A DNA stretch of 27,762 bases from Candidatus Scalinduaceae bacterium (GTDB lineage: Bacteria > Planctomycetota > Brocadiia > Brocadiales > Scalinduaceae): assembly GCA_046759445.1 (NCBI GenBank), contig JBHICG010000044.1:1-27762 (forward strand), in the 5' to 3' direction. Positions within the stretch are counted from its first letter, which is position 1; each line of letters opens with the position of its first letter. This document shows, piece by piece, positions 17,378-27,707 of this stretch. Made by a program: the position numbers and the translations under genes. The notes under the pieces were generated by a model. The model was not told the DNA's origin. It did no database searches and was given only the letters and a program-made list of their open reading frames with translations.

Positions 17378-18535
17378 TTAATTTACCGTTCTTCCTTTTA
17401 ACATTAATATGACAATTATTAGATATATAGTTACTGCTTGAAGAAGAAGCAATAAAGCATCTATTAATCTACCATTTTTCAATACTAATGCACTCAATCC
17501 TAATGAAGCGACAAGAAAGTAAATAAAGAAAATTGTTTGCTTACTACTTAAACCTAGATTTACAAGTCTGTGATGAAGATGGTCCTTTCCTGTGTATCCC
17601 AACCATTCCCAGAAATTGGCAACTTTTTTAGAAGCAATCCTTAAAACAGTAGTATACGTCATGTCAAAAATAAAAATACCCATTATAAGTATGGGCATGG
17701 CATACGCTTTTATGGGATCTTGAGTACCCCAATCTCCCATGATAACCATGCCAGCCAGCATAAATCCCATAAAAGTACTTCCTGTGTCTCCAAGAAAAAT
17801 AACAGCTGGTTTTTTATACCTTAGATTATACGGCAGAAAACCAAGGCAGCTACCCACTAATGCAATTGACAGAAACATCAAAAAAGGTTGGCTTGTCTGA
17901 ATAGCAAGTATGCTTAGAAACATAGAACTTATAACGGTAAGACCTGTAGCGAGTCCATCCATTCCATCAAAGAAGTTTAAAGAATTTGTTATTCCAAGCA
18001 TCCATATGACAGTTATGAAAATTTCCAATAACCTACCCCACCAAACATTTGGCAAAAAGTCTGCAACCACACCATAATAAATCATAATAAACACAGCTAT
18101 TATCTGAACAAACAACTTTGACGTTGCAGAGAGGTGTCTTATATCGTCAATGAGTCCTATGAAAAATACTATTGTGGCACCAATTGCAATACCCTTCAAT
18201 TCTAATGAAAAAACGTCGTTATAAATTATTGCACTTGCAAATGCTATATATACGACTACACCTCCAAGAAGAGGAGTAGGTTTTTCATGCATTTTTCGTT
18301 TATCTGGACTGTCAACAATATTTAATCTTAGCGAAATACTCATAACTACAGGGGTACACAAAAAGACAACCAGAAACGAAAAGGAAAGTATATACAACCA
18401 TGTCAGATTATAATTGATAAATCAGTCTCTTACCCCTGGAAATATAAGGAGAAGGAATATTAAGAAAAATATTGCTATATACTGTTTATAAGGAATAATG
18501 CTTTTAGCTTGGAGATAATTAAGCAAATTTTTCAA
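17378..18535 (-). pseudogene. WecA/TagO-like (GT4/MraY family) transferase with an in-frame TGA at codon 38
   Basis: PTPLLGG, GLIDD, NFFDGMDGLA, FLGDTGS, HLHHRL motifs. Frame continues upstream of 18397 through TGA (18424-18422) to TTG 18535 with a GAGGT RBS. Confidence 0.75.
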
Positions 18536-18543
18536 TTAAAACC

Positions 18544-19603
18544 TCATTTTTTTAGATACTGTTTTAACACATCTAAAACCATGCATATTTCCTCATCTTT
18601 TATGGATGGATATATTGGTATAGATATAGCATTGTTCCAGGCTGCATTAGTATTTGGAAATCCACGAAGTGGAATGTATTTATGAAGTGGCCTATAAACT
18701 GGTCGCATGCAGGCCACACCTCTTTTAGAAAAAAATCGAGAGCTTTTGAAACGTTTCCACTAACCTGAACAACAAAGCGATAAAAAACATGTTTCCTGTC
18801 CTTATAGTAAATGGCCGGTGTGTTACAAATACCGCGTAGTTCTGAGGAATACTTTTTTGCAATGTTAATTCTTTTAAGTAAAAATGAATTTAACTTTTTA
18901 AATTGGGACAGGCCCATTGCCGCATGAATATCCGTCATTTTATAATTGTATCGAATTGCGTAGTTTTTTCTATTATCGTATTCTCTGATATCTCTTATTT
19001 TTTTTAACAAATTCTCAGAATCAGAGATTACCATTCCGCCTTCCCCCGTGGATAGAACCTTTGTTGTATAGAACGAGAAACATGAAAGCCTGCCAAAGCT
19101 ACCAACTTTTTTCCCTTTATAAACCGCCCCAACTGCTTGTGCGCAATCTTCAATAACCGGTACACCAAGAGACATTATTTCATCAATATCTGCTGGCAAG
19201 CCAAATTGATGTGGGAGAATTATTGCTTTAGTAGATTTAGTTATTTTTTTTTGAGGTCACAGATGTCTATATTATATGTCTCATGATTTAGATCAACCAA
19301 AGTTGGATGTGCGCCAACGTACTTTATCACATTTAGTAAAGCGGAACACACAAAACTGGGTATCGCTACGTTGTCGTTCCTTCCAATTCCCATTGCAATA
19401 AGAGCTAGATGTAGCGCAGACGTTCCCGAATTTGTTGCCACTGCGCCATGCATCCCTATATATCTCGCCATCTTTCTCTCAAATTTCTCCACCATTTTTC
19501 CCTGAATGATTTGTCCCGAATGTATTACTTTCGATACAGAAGATACATCGCTTTCATCTAATAAAGGTTTTGAATGAGGGATAATAGTTTTCTGTACCAT
19601 CAA
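18544..19603 (-). pseudogene. DegT/DnrJ/EryC1/StrS sugar aminotransferase, two frameshifts
   Basis: NSGTSALHLAL, IEDCAQA, FSFY.TK, GEGG, SIPIYP spread over three frames; shifts at homopolymers 19244-19252 and 18729-18735. Confidence 0.9.
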
Positions 19604-19630
19604 TACATTTAATACAGGTGAAGGGTTAAC

Positions 19631-20244
19631 CTATATATTTACAAATAAGCGTAATGATTGGAACGCTTCAGCGTATTTTACTCTGCCTTGAATACCTCTA
19701 AAATTTGCTGCTGATTTAGCAACCTCTATAATGGATAGGTCTTTAATATTTGTCTTTGAAACTCGAGAAACATGTGCCTTCAGACACTCCAATTTTTTAT
19801 TTAGAACAGTCTCAATATCTACAAACACATTAGGTATAAAATTTTTGTTGTAGGCACTTCATAAAAAAGTACATTTTTAATATACCTCGTTGCAGACATT
19901 GCCGATCTAGCCAGGTTTCTATGGCCTTGATGGGTATCATCTATATAGTTAACAAAAATAAAATCTGGTTTTACTTCATTCAATACATTTTCTATTTTGA
20001 TTATAAGTTCTCGGTTCTGTACAATTTCTGTATCCACGTAATCACCAAAGTACAATTATTCTACTTTTATTATGTGAGCTGAGGCCTCTTGTTCCTTACA
20101 CCTGATTTCAGTATCTCCTCCTTTTCCCCCTTTTGAAAATACTAGTAGATATATCTTATGCCCCCTCTCACTATATTTCAGTAGAGCACCCCCACACCCA
20201 AATTCAATGTCATCCGGATGAGCGCCAATGGCAAGTATGTTCAT
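19631..20244 (-). pseudogene. PIG-L family deacetylase, nonsense codon plus frameshift
   Basis: GAHPDDIEFGCGG, HQGHR (usually HxDH), FYE, FVDI, YAEAF; in-frame TAA 20058-20056; frameshift at 19842-19846. Confidence 0.9.
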
Positions 20245-20397
20245 CAGAAAGTATTCCTCTTAATTATATTTTCTTAGAATCTACACAACTTATTTTACAT
20301 TATCTATAAAAATATATATAATATTTCATGGTTTTTTAAAAAAGTTCACAAGTAAACATTAACAGCCTATTTTAATAAAATTTATCTATTGAAAGTT

Positions 20398-20637
20398 ATG
20401 CAACCTGATTTTATATTAGATTGCTATGGTTTGCTATGTCCGATGCCTATATTTAAGGCTTCTCAAAAAATAAAAGAAATGGATATCGGACAAATCTTAG
20501 AAATCATCTCAACCGATGATGGAATAAAGACTGACATAAAAGCATGGTGTAAAAAAACTGGAAATGAATTGCTAAAAATAGATGAGATCGATGGAGAATA
20601 TCACACCTACGTGCGTAAGCTAACATCACCTGACTAG
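20398..20637 (+). CDS. TusA/SirA family sulfur carrier
   Basis: LDC.GLLCPMP, G.ILE..STD, DI.AWC..TGNEL. Confidence 0.9.
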   Translation: MQPDFILDCYGLLCPMPIFKASQKIKEMDIGQILEIISTDDGIKTDIKAWCKKTGNELLKIDEIDGEYHTYVRKLTSPD

Positions 20638-20838
20638 ATATTTTTAGTTAGCAGAAACACATGGAATGCTTTATATATGTTTCTCATAATGGTTCGATAG
20701 TCAGCCCTTAATAAACCTATACCTGACAATTTGGCACATACAGTTAAGAAGTAATTAAAAATTTAGTAATACTTCTGCTTTCAAATATAAAGAAAACCAC
20801 TTAAAAGCTTTTTGCGAAAAGCGGAGACAAAATGTATT

Positions 20839-22194
20839 ATGTCAAAATTTAGCACGATTTACATCTGCCAGCAATGCGGGTGGAATTCTAATAAATGGGT
20901 AGGAAGATGTTCAAATTGTGGTGAGTGGGATTCTATGGTAGAAGAAAAATATGAACCCACGTACACAAATACATTTCCAAAATTTGATACAGAAACGCCC
21001 ATCTGCATATCAGACGTAAAGCCTATAAAGAAACTTAGAATAGAAACAAATATAAGCGAATTTGATAGAATCTTAGGTGGTGGTATTGTAGCAGGTTCGG
21101 CAGTTTTGATTGGAGGCACGCCGGGAATTGGAAAATCAACCATTCTTTTGCAAGTATGCCAAAAATTTAGCGAACAGGGACATTTATCATTGTATGTAAC
21201 AGGAGAAGAATCAACTTCACAAATAAAATTACGCGCAGATAGGCTTTTTATCTCGTCAAAAAACATTTTTTTGGTTGCCGAAAACAATTTAAATGTTATC
21301 CTTGAATACATAAAAAATTTGAATCCTAAACTTATTATAATCGATTCAATACAGGCGGTGTTCAAGCCAGATCTTGAATCGTCACCAGGTACAGTTACCC
21401 AAGTAAGGCAATGTGCGAACGAATTAATTTATTTGTCAAAGAAGACTGAATCTTCTGTATTTTTAGCGGGACATGTCACAAAACAAGGTATAATTGCAGG
21501 ACCAAAGGTACTGGAACACTTAGTCGACACAGTATTGTACTTTGAAGGTGAAAAATTCATGTTATTCAGGATAATAAGGGTAGTTAAGAATCGTTTTGGA
21601 TCCACAAATGAGATAGGAATTTTCGAAATGAGCAAAAATGGGCTTAAAGAGATAAAAAATCCTTCAGAAATATTCCTTTCAAGAACACGAAGACTAAATT
21701 CTGGTTCTGCCATAATTTCATGTATTGAAGGCACAAGGGCTTTTCTTGTGGAAGTACAAGCACTTGTAACTAAATCAAATTATGGCATGCCGGAACGCAA
21801 AGTCAGCGGTGTTGACTACAACCGTGTTGCTATGACAATAGCTGTGTTACAAAAAAGGGTTGGACTTCTTTTGGGTGGACACGATATTTTTGTAAATGTT
21901 GTCGGCGGTGTAAAGGTAGATGAACCCGCAGCAGATCTCGGGATTGCAGTTGCAATTGCGTCCAGTTTTAAGGACAAAATAATACCAAGCGAAATGATAA
22001 TGATAGGTGAGTTAGGTCTGGGTGGTGAAGTCAGAGGGGTAAACCAATTCGATATTAGAGTGAGAGAAGCTGGGAGATTAGGATTTAAAAGTGTAATTAT
22101 CCCAAAAAATAATAATAGAGATGGTTCCGGAATAAAATCACTCAAAATGATTGAATTCTCTTCTCTTGCAGAAGCAATTGATAAGATCCTGTAA
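20839..22194 (+). CDS. radA: DNA repair protein RadA/Sms
   Basis: C4 zinc finger (CQQC..CSNC), GTPGIGKST, KNRFG, Lon-like C-terminal DEPAADL. Confidence 0.96.
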   Translation: MSKFSTIYICQQCGWNSNKWVGRCSNCGEWDSMVEEKYEPTYTNTFPKFDTETPICISDVKPIKKLRIETNISEFDRILGGGIVAGSAVLIGGTPGIGKSTILLQVCQKFSEQGHLSLYVTGEESTSQIKLRADRLFISSKNIFLVAENNLNVILEYIKNLNPKLIIIDSIQAVFKPDLESSPGTVTQVRQCANELIYLSKKTESSVFLAGHVTKQGIIAGPKVLEHLVDTVLYFEGEKFMLFRIIRVVKNRFGSTNEIGIFEMSKNGLKEIKNPSEIFLSRTRRLNSGSAIISCIEGTRAFLVEVQALVTKSNYGMPERKVSGVDYNRVAMTIAVLQKRVGLLLGGHDIFVNVVGGVKVDEPAADLGIAVAIASSFKDKIIPSEMIMIGELGLGGEVRGVNQFDIRVREAGRLGFKSVIIPKNNNRDGSGIKSLKMIEFSSLAEAIDKIL

Positions 22195-22208
22195 AGAAAG
22201 GTATTTTC

Positions 22209-23087
22209 ATGTTTATAAAACAATCTATTTTTTTAAGATTAGCCATTACTTTTTTCCTGTTTATTTCCACAAACGTTGGTTGTTTGTTCAACAAACCATA
22301 TAAAAAAAGCAACATAGTAGGATCCACAATTAACGATCAAGATACATCTGTTGAAATCAGAGAAGAATTAGATCAAGACGGAAAACTAACAAAAAAAGGT
22401 TTTAACCATCCGTACTATTTTACAAAAGAAGGATTGTCCCATATTTTTTCTTCTATTTACTATAAAGAGAGGGCGTTTTTTGCGGGTGAAGGCAAAAGAA
22501 AGTTATTTAGACACGAGGAATTACAGAAGATTATACCTCCAATAATAAATGCATTTTCTATGGCTACTGATTCTCAAGATATCTTGGTTTTTTCTACGTC
22601 ACATAAAGTTCTCTTATCTGACAAACAAAGTTACTTTAGCATGTTTGTATTAGATAACGAACTTCACATTGTCTTCAGCACAATTAAACGTAAAAAGAGC
22701 TATAAGGACGGAAGGACATATAAACTAATAAATAAGAATAAATTAAAAGACCCATTGGATGTAAAGAGAAGATCTTCCTGGAATCTCATCCCCATGGGGG
22801 GACAAAGGTTTGCAAAAGGGCATCATAATTGGCTTATTATTGACTTAAGTAGCGACTTGTATGGCATTGCAAGTAATGCCAGTATCAATACTAATACAAT
22901 AGGCACAGGTAGTAGGATAAAAGCCATGGAAGATCGAGTGATTACGAATAGGAGTTTTATTAAGGAAAAGGAAAAATACCAGAGTGTTCGAGAAAAACTG
23001 AGAGAATTAAAAAACTTAAAAGATGAGGGGCTAATTTCAGAAAAAGATTTTGAAGAGAAAAAAAAGGACCTTTTGAACGAATTCTAA
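22209..23087 (+). CDS. Lipoprotein with one C-terminal SHOCT domain
   Basis: Lipobox-like NVGC; KLRELKNLKDEGLISEKDFEEKKKDLL. Confidence 0.8.
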   Translation: MFIKQSIFLRLAITFFLFISTNVGCLFNKPYKKSNIVGSTINDQDTSVEIREELDQDGKLTKKGFNHPYYFTKEGLSHIFSSIYYKERAFFAGEGKRKLFRHEELQKIIPPIINAFSMATDSQDILVFSTSHKVLLSDKQSYFSMFVLDNELHIVFSTIKRKKSYKDGRTYKLINKNKLKDPLDVKRRSSWNLIPMGGQRFAKGHHNWLIIDLSSDLYGIASNASINTNTIGTGSRIKAMEDRVITNRSFIKEKEKYQSVREKLRELKNLKDEGLISEKDFEEKKKDLLNEF

Positions 23088-23111
23088 AATCTATAGGATG
23101 GATAAGCAAAA

Positions 23112-24263
23112 ATGCCATGTAAAAAATTAAGTTCTATTTTACTATTTTCCTTTTTCTTTGGAACGGTTGGATGCTTTAACCTTAATTATTTTACCGGGGG
23201 TAGTCCAGCTCAAAGTCAAAGCGCTTATAGCATATATAACAAGGGCAAGACGTATGTTAAACTTGAGGAAATGAAGGGTATAAAAGGAACATCAAAAACT
23301 TTTTTCGATCACCCTAAATATTTAAGAAACGATATATTATCAAGTGCAATTTCCTCCATCTATTTTAAAGAAAAAGTCATAAAAGGATGGGGAAAAGAGC
23401 AGAACGTTTTTCAAGAAAGCGAACTGCTGAATTTAGTGCCACATATAGTAGATGCATTTTCAAGGGCAACTCCATCACAGTATGTGTTAGTAAATTCTAA
23501 TTATACAAAGGGCAAAAAGAAGTTCTTTTCATCAGAATTGTATACAATATTTGCTATGTTTATTTCAAATGACACTTTGACTGTTAGGTTTTCAAGAATT
23601 CAATATATACCCATAATAGAAAAAGGCGAAAGCAGTATATTTACAAATCCTGAGGACGTATTTACCGATCCATTCAGTATTAAGAGAAATCCTTCTTGGA
23701 AATTAATTCCCCACCCTGGTCAACGATTTAAGGAAGGATACGACAATTGGCTTATAATAGATTTAGAAAAAGATGCATTTGTGAAAAAAGAAGACCACGG
23801 CAAAGAAGTAACTTTGAATAGTAGATTAGAGGATTCTAATACTCATCAAAAACAAGAAGTAGCCAAAGATTATGGTACCGCAGAAACATCATACCGTTCT
23901 CCTGAAACGTCAAAAGCAAGAAAGAGCATAAAGGAACAGCTTTTAGAGCTAAAGGAGTTAGAAACTACAGGACTTATTACCAAAGAAGATTATGAGCGTA
24001 GAAAGGCAGAAATTTTGGTTGGCGAACAAGAAAAGAGCATAAAAGCCAAATTTGTTGAACTTCGTAACCTTAAAGAAGAAGGGTTTATTAGCGATATGGA
24101 CTACAACATAAAAAAACGAGAACTCTTAGACGAAAATGAAGAAATGGAAAGAGAAAGAAATATTAAAGAAGTTCTTGCAGAGTATCTTGAATTGAGAGAT
24201 GAAGGTTTTATAACAGACAAAGATTATGACTACAAAAAAAAGAAATTATTAAGAGAATTTTAA
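23112..24263 (+). CDS. Lipoprotein with three C-terminal SHOCT repeats, paralogue of the preceding gene
   Basis: Lipobox-like TVGC; three L.EL..L...G.I...DY..KK..LL-type repeats. Confidence 0.8.
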   Translation: MPCKKLSSILLFSFFFGTVGCFNLNYFTGGSPAQSQSAYSIYNKGKTYVKLEEMKGIKGTSKTFFDHPKYLRNDILSSAISSIYFKEKVIKGWGKEQNVFQESELLNLVPHIVDAFSRATPSQYVLVNSNYTKGKKKFFSSELYTIFAMFISNDTLTVRFSRIQYIPIIEKGESSIFTNPEDVFTDPFSIKRNPSWKLIPHPGQRFKEGYDNWLIIDLEKDAFVKKEDHGKEVTLNSRLEDSNTHQKQEVAKDYGTAETSYRSPETSKARKSIKEQLLELKELETTGLITKEDYERRKAEILVGEQEKSIKAKFVELRNLKEEGFISDMDYNIKKRELLDENEEMERERNIKEVLAEYLELRDEGFITDKDYDYKKKKLLREF

Positions 24264-24279
24264 ATACCACATGCCTTTC

Positions 24280-24975
24280 TTATTTGCTCAATTTATATAG
24301 AGATTCTGCTAATTGTAAATCTTCAAGTGTTGTAATCTTAATATTATCATATTTCCCCAAAATTACTTTCACCGTATACCCATCTTTTTCTACTACCTCA
24401 GAATCATCCGTAAATTCTACATCTGTATCTTTAATCTTTTCGTAAGCCTCTACTATTATATCCCTTTTAAAGCCTTGTGGTGTTTGTGCCATCCAAAGGT
24501 CATATCTAGGAATTGTTTTAATTATACAATGATTTGTGTCAACTTTTTTTACTGTTTGCTTCATTGGGGTTGCTACAATGGCAGCACCACTCTCATCTGT
24601 ACTTTCGATAACGGCCTCTATTATTTCGTTATTTACAAAAGGCCTCACTGCATCATGTATTAAAACTATTTTTGTGTCAGAGTTTAAATGACAAAGACCA
24701 TTATAAACACTATCTTGCCTTCTTTTACCCCCAGCAATAATTGTAACTACCTTGTAAGTTTTGAGCTCATCAGACCATTTTCCAACAACTGTAGACAAAT
24801 CCTCTTTATTTACTACAAGAATAATTTCTTTTATGCGTTTTAGCTTGCAAAACTTTTCTAACGTATAAAAAATGATAGGCTTTTTGCCTATCATTATAAA
24901 TGGCTTTCTTATATTACCACCCATACGTAGACTCAGTCCCGCAGCTGGAATAATCACAGAAACGTCTTCTTTCAC
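24280..24975 (-). CDS. ispD: 2-C-methyl-D-erythritol 4-phosphate cytidylyltransferase
   Basis: PAAG.S.RMG...K, GG.RRQDSV, IHDAVRP, QTPQGF, TDD, NIKITT; GTG start coupled to the dgt stop. Confidence 0.95.
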   Translation of the reverse strand: MKEDVSVIIPAAGLSLRMGGNIRKPFIMIGKKPIIFYTLEKFCKLKRIKEIILVVNKEDLSTVVGKWSDELKTYKVVTIIAGGKRRQDSVYNGLCHLNSDTKIVLIHDAVRPFVNNEIIEAVIESTDESGAAIVATPMKQTVKKVDTNHCIIKTIPRYDLWMAQTPQGFKRDIIVEAYEKIKDTDVEFTDDSEVVEKDGYTVKVILGKYDNIKITTLEDLQLAESLYKLSK

Positions 24976-26126
24976 TATACCCTTTCATACGGATAAAAAA
25001 GCTTTATATACTCGTCTTGCGCATATCTATCCGTCATTCCTGCAATATAATCACAAACTCCCTGATAAAGGCCTGCCTCTTCAATCCACTTCTGATATTC
25101 AGGGGGAAGTTGCATAGGATTCCTAATAAACACTTTAAATAACTCTTCAACGAACCGTTTTGCTTTATCAGCCATTCGTATAACTCTATAATGATTGTAC
25201 ACATTTTGTTGTAATGTTTCCTGCATTTCGTGTTTCTTTTTAGCAATATCAGCCGAAAAACATACCAGCCTTTTTTCGCACTGTTTTACGTCGTTGGTTG
25301 TTTTTATTCCCATCTTTTTAATCATTAACTGAGTGTTCTCTATAATGTCTGTAACCTCTAAATCAATTAAATTTTTTATGGCATGTGTCTTTTCCATATC
25401 AATGCTGAGATTACCATATTGTTTCTTAACTTTCTCTTTTGCATGCCTCCATAATTCAATTTTTTCTAAATCAAATTCTGTGATTAAACCTGCTTTTAAA
25501 CTATCATCTATGTCATGATTATCATACGCTATAGAATCAGCAATATCTACTATTTGCGCCTCAAGAAGAGGTTGTTTATCTACCTCAAATTGAGAAATAC
25601 TCGGATTGTCATAAAGTGTCTTATGCTTGGCGATTGATTCTCTAACTTCCCACGAAAGGTTCAGACCAGGAAATTTTGAATACTGTTTCTCTAGTATGTC
25701 AACGACTCGCAATCCTTGAATATTATGTTCAAAGCCACCATGGTCCTTCATCAACTCTCTAAGGACATCTTCTCCTGAATGGCCAAAAGGTGTATGTCCG
25801 AGGTCATGAGTTAAGGCAATTGCTTCTACAAGGTCTTCATTTAGATTTAATGCCCTCGATATACACCTGGATATCTGAGCAACTTCCAGAGTGTGAGTGA
25901 GTCGTGTGCGATAGTAATCTCCTTCATGATTTACAAAAACCTGTGTCTTGTATTCCAATCGCCTGAAAGCTGTTGAGTGGATAACCCTGTCCTTGTCCCT
26001 CTGGTAAACACTTCTGTAAGGATGTTCATCCTCTGGATGTACCCTCCCGTGAGTATACATACTCTTCATAGCATAAGGAGCCAATAATATTTCTTCCCTT
26101 TTCTCTAAATCTTCTCTTGTTATCAT
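24975..26126 (-). CDS. dgt: dGTP triphosphohydrolase-like HD protein
   Basis: YQRD.DR..HS.AFRRL..KTQV, RTRLTH.LEV, HDLGH.PFGH.GE, DYIAGMTD. Confidence 0.95.
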   Translation of the reverse strand: MITREDLEKREEILLAPYAMKSMYTHGRVHPEDEHPYRSVYQRDKDRVIHSTAFRRLEYKTQVFVNHEGDYYRTRLTHTLEVAQISRCISRALNLNEDLVEAIALTHDLGHTPFGHSGEDVLRELMKDHGGFEHNIQGLRVVDILEKQYSKFPGLNLSWEVRESIAKHKTLYDNPSISQFEVDKQPLLEAQIVDIADSIAYDNHDIDDSLKAGLITEFDLEKIELWRHAKEKVKKQYGNLSIDMEKTHAIKNLIDLEVTDIIENTQLMIKKMGIKTTNDVKQCEKRLVCFSADIAKKKHEMQETLQQNVYNHYRVIRMADKAKRFVEELFKVFIRNPMQLPPEYQKWIEEAGLYQGVCDYIAGMTDRYAQDEYIKLFYPYERV

Positions 26127-26131
26127 CGAAT

Positions 26132-26310
26132 ATATTTGTATTTGTTGCGGAATTGTTTAGGTGATTCTAATACCTGAACCAGGCCCTGAATAATCCTGAA
26201 CTAATTTCAGTACAGGATCTCTGGTTTCAGAATCTATATATCAAGATGTTAAGAGACTCTGAAATGAGTTTAGGGTGATAAGATAGTGTCTCCACAATAG
26301 ATACTAATAT
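26132..26310. mobile_element. MITE-like element, copy 2 (inverted, more degenerate left end)
   Basis: Right end TCCACAATAGATACTAAT (26291-26308), degenerate left end ATTTGTATTTGTTGCGGA; interior aligns by eye with the reverse complement of 8026-8110. Confidence 0.6.
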
Positions 26311-26324
26311 TAAACCAAAAATGA

Positions 26325-26798
26325 TTACAAATAGTTTTTCAATTCCAAATACAAGTCATCTAGTGATTGAGGTATTACCTTTGTCTCGGCTACAACTGGC
26401 ATAAAGTTTGTGTCTCCTCTCCATCTCGGTACAATATGTATGTGTATATGGTCTTCAACCCCAGCTCCGGCAACCTTTCCAAGATTGATTCCTATATTGA
26501 AACCGTCAGGTTTCATCTTTTTAGTCAGGATATTTTTTACGTCTCTTGTCAATGTTAAGAGTTCCAACATCTCTGCATTATTTAACTTAGACAAGTCATC
26601 CTTATGTTTTTTTGGTGCCACCATTAAATGACCGTTATTATAAGGATATTTGTTTAGAATACAAAAACACTCTTTACCCCTATGTAAAACCAGATTCTTA
26701 CGATCCTGATTGCCATTTATAGCTTCACAGAAAAAACAATTTCCCCCCTTTTTGCTTAGTATAAACTCTTTACGCCAGGGCGCCCATATGTTTTTCAT
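26325..26798 (-). CDS. HIT family hydrolase (Ap4A phosphorylase-like)
   Basis: WAPWR, CFFC, LNKYPYNNGH, HIHIHIVPRW.GDTNF. Confidence 0.93.
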   Translation of the reverse strand: MKNIWAPWRKEFILSKKGGNCFFCEAINGNQDRKNLVLHRGKECFCILNKYPYNNGHLMVAPKKHKDDLSKLNNAEMLELLTLTRDVKNILTKKMKPDGFNIGINLGKVAGAGVEDHIHIHIVPRWRGDTNFMPVVAETKVIPQSLDDLYLELKNYL

Positions 26799-26911
26799 AA
26801 TTAATTTATTAGCAGAAAAGATTCAATTATTTTATTTCGTTCTGTCACACTATGGAAATATTCTTCAAGCTTAGGCTACACCTGTTCCATTGATATCCTT
26901 ACATAGGCATT

Positions 26912-27667
26912 TTACTGCAAATAATATGATGGGTTTACGGGAACTCCGTGCAAGAATATTTTAAAGTGAAGTTTGTTCTGCTTTGCTCTCCCTGTGCTTC
27001 CAGCCCTTGCAATTATCTGTCCCTGCTTAACTTTATCTCCCTTTTTGACGAGTATCTTGGAATTATAAGCATACCACGTATAAGAACCGTCACTATGTTG
27101 GAGAATAACAACCTTGCCCCATCCATCTGGTGTGTCAGATGTCAATGCAACTATCCCTCCTTTTGACGCATGTACACTCTGCCCTTTAACGGCTTGTATA
27201 TCGATGCCCTTGTTTTTGTCGCCACCTATCCATTGCTCAAAGTCAGTCAGTGTTTTACCCCGCAAAGGCCATGTAAAAGACTCATTGGATTTATTTGTTA
27301 ATGTTAAGGCCGTCGTCTCTATAGGTATTTTTTTCGTGCCCGTAATACCTGGTGGTATATTCAGTCGTTGTCCCGGCTTTATATTCGTAACATCTTTGAT
27401 GTGATTAAGTTTTATTATATTATCAGGAGAAACACCATAATTATAAGCTATCCTCCATATAGTTTCACCCTTTCTAACCGTATGCCTTGTAGTTTTAGCA
27501 TATTTATTTTTTGAAATTTTTGTGCCAGAGTTTAATGCGTCTAATTCCTCTTTAAATCTTTGAGGTGGCACTACGCTTGGTTGATGTATTGCACATCCTA
27601 TAAAAGTATTTACAATAAAAAAAATAGCTACAATGCAAACAAAATTATTTGAAGCAGGAAACTTCAT
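26912..27667 (-). CDS. LysM + degenerate M23 lipoprotein, NlpD-like
   Basis: Lipobox FIGC; LysM HTVRKGETIWRIA; M23 NKGID...KLHF lacking Zn ligands. Confidence 0.85.
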   Translation of the reverse strand: MKFPASNNFVCIVAIFFIVNTFIGCAIHQPSVVPPQRFKEELDALNSGTKISKNKYAKTTRHTVRKGETIWRIAYNYGVSPDNIIKLNHIKDVTNIKPGQRLNIPPGITGTKKIPIETTALTLTNKSNESFTWPLRGKTLTDFEQWIGGDKNKGIDIQAVKGQSVHASKGGIVALTSDTPDGWGKVVILQHSDGSYTWYAYNSKILVKKGDKVKQGQIIARAGSTGRAKQNKLHFKIFLHGVPVNPSYYLQ

Positions 27668-27707
27668 TATTTCGCTTTTTATTTATCTTAATTAGAACTT
27701 GATATTA

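Noticed and set aside
18422..18424. TGA as Trp/Sec recoding (alternative genetic code)
   Set aside because: TGA is a normal stop for queD, Trp is TGG elsewhere, and neighbouring genes carry TAA and frameshift lesions.
3411..27404. Numerous antisense or nested ORFs in the supplied track
   Set aside because: Shadow frames of well-supported genes, without RBS or motifs.
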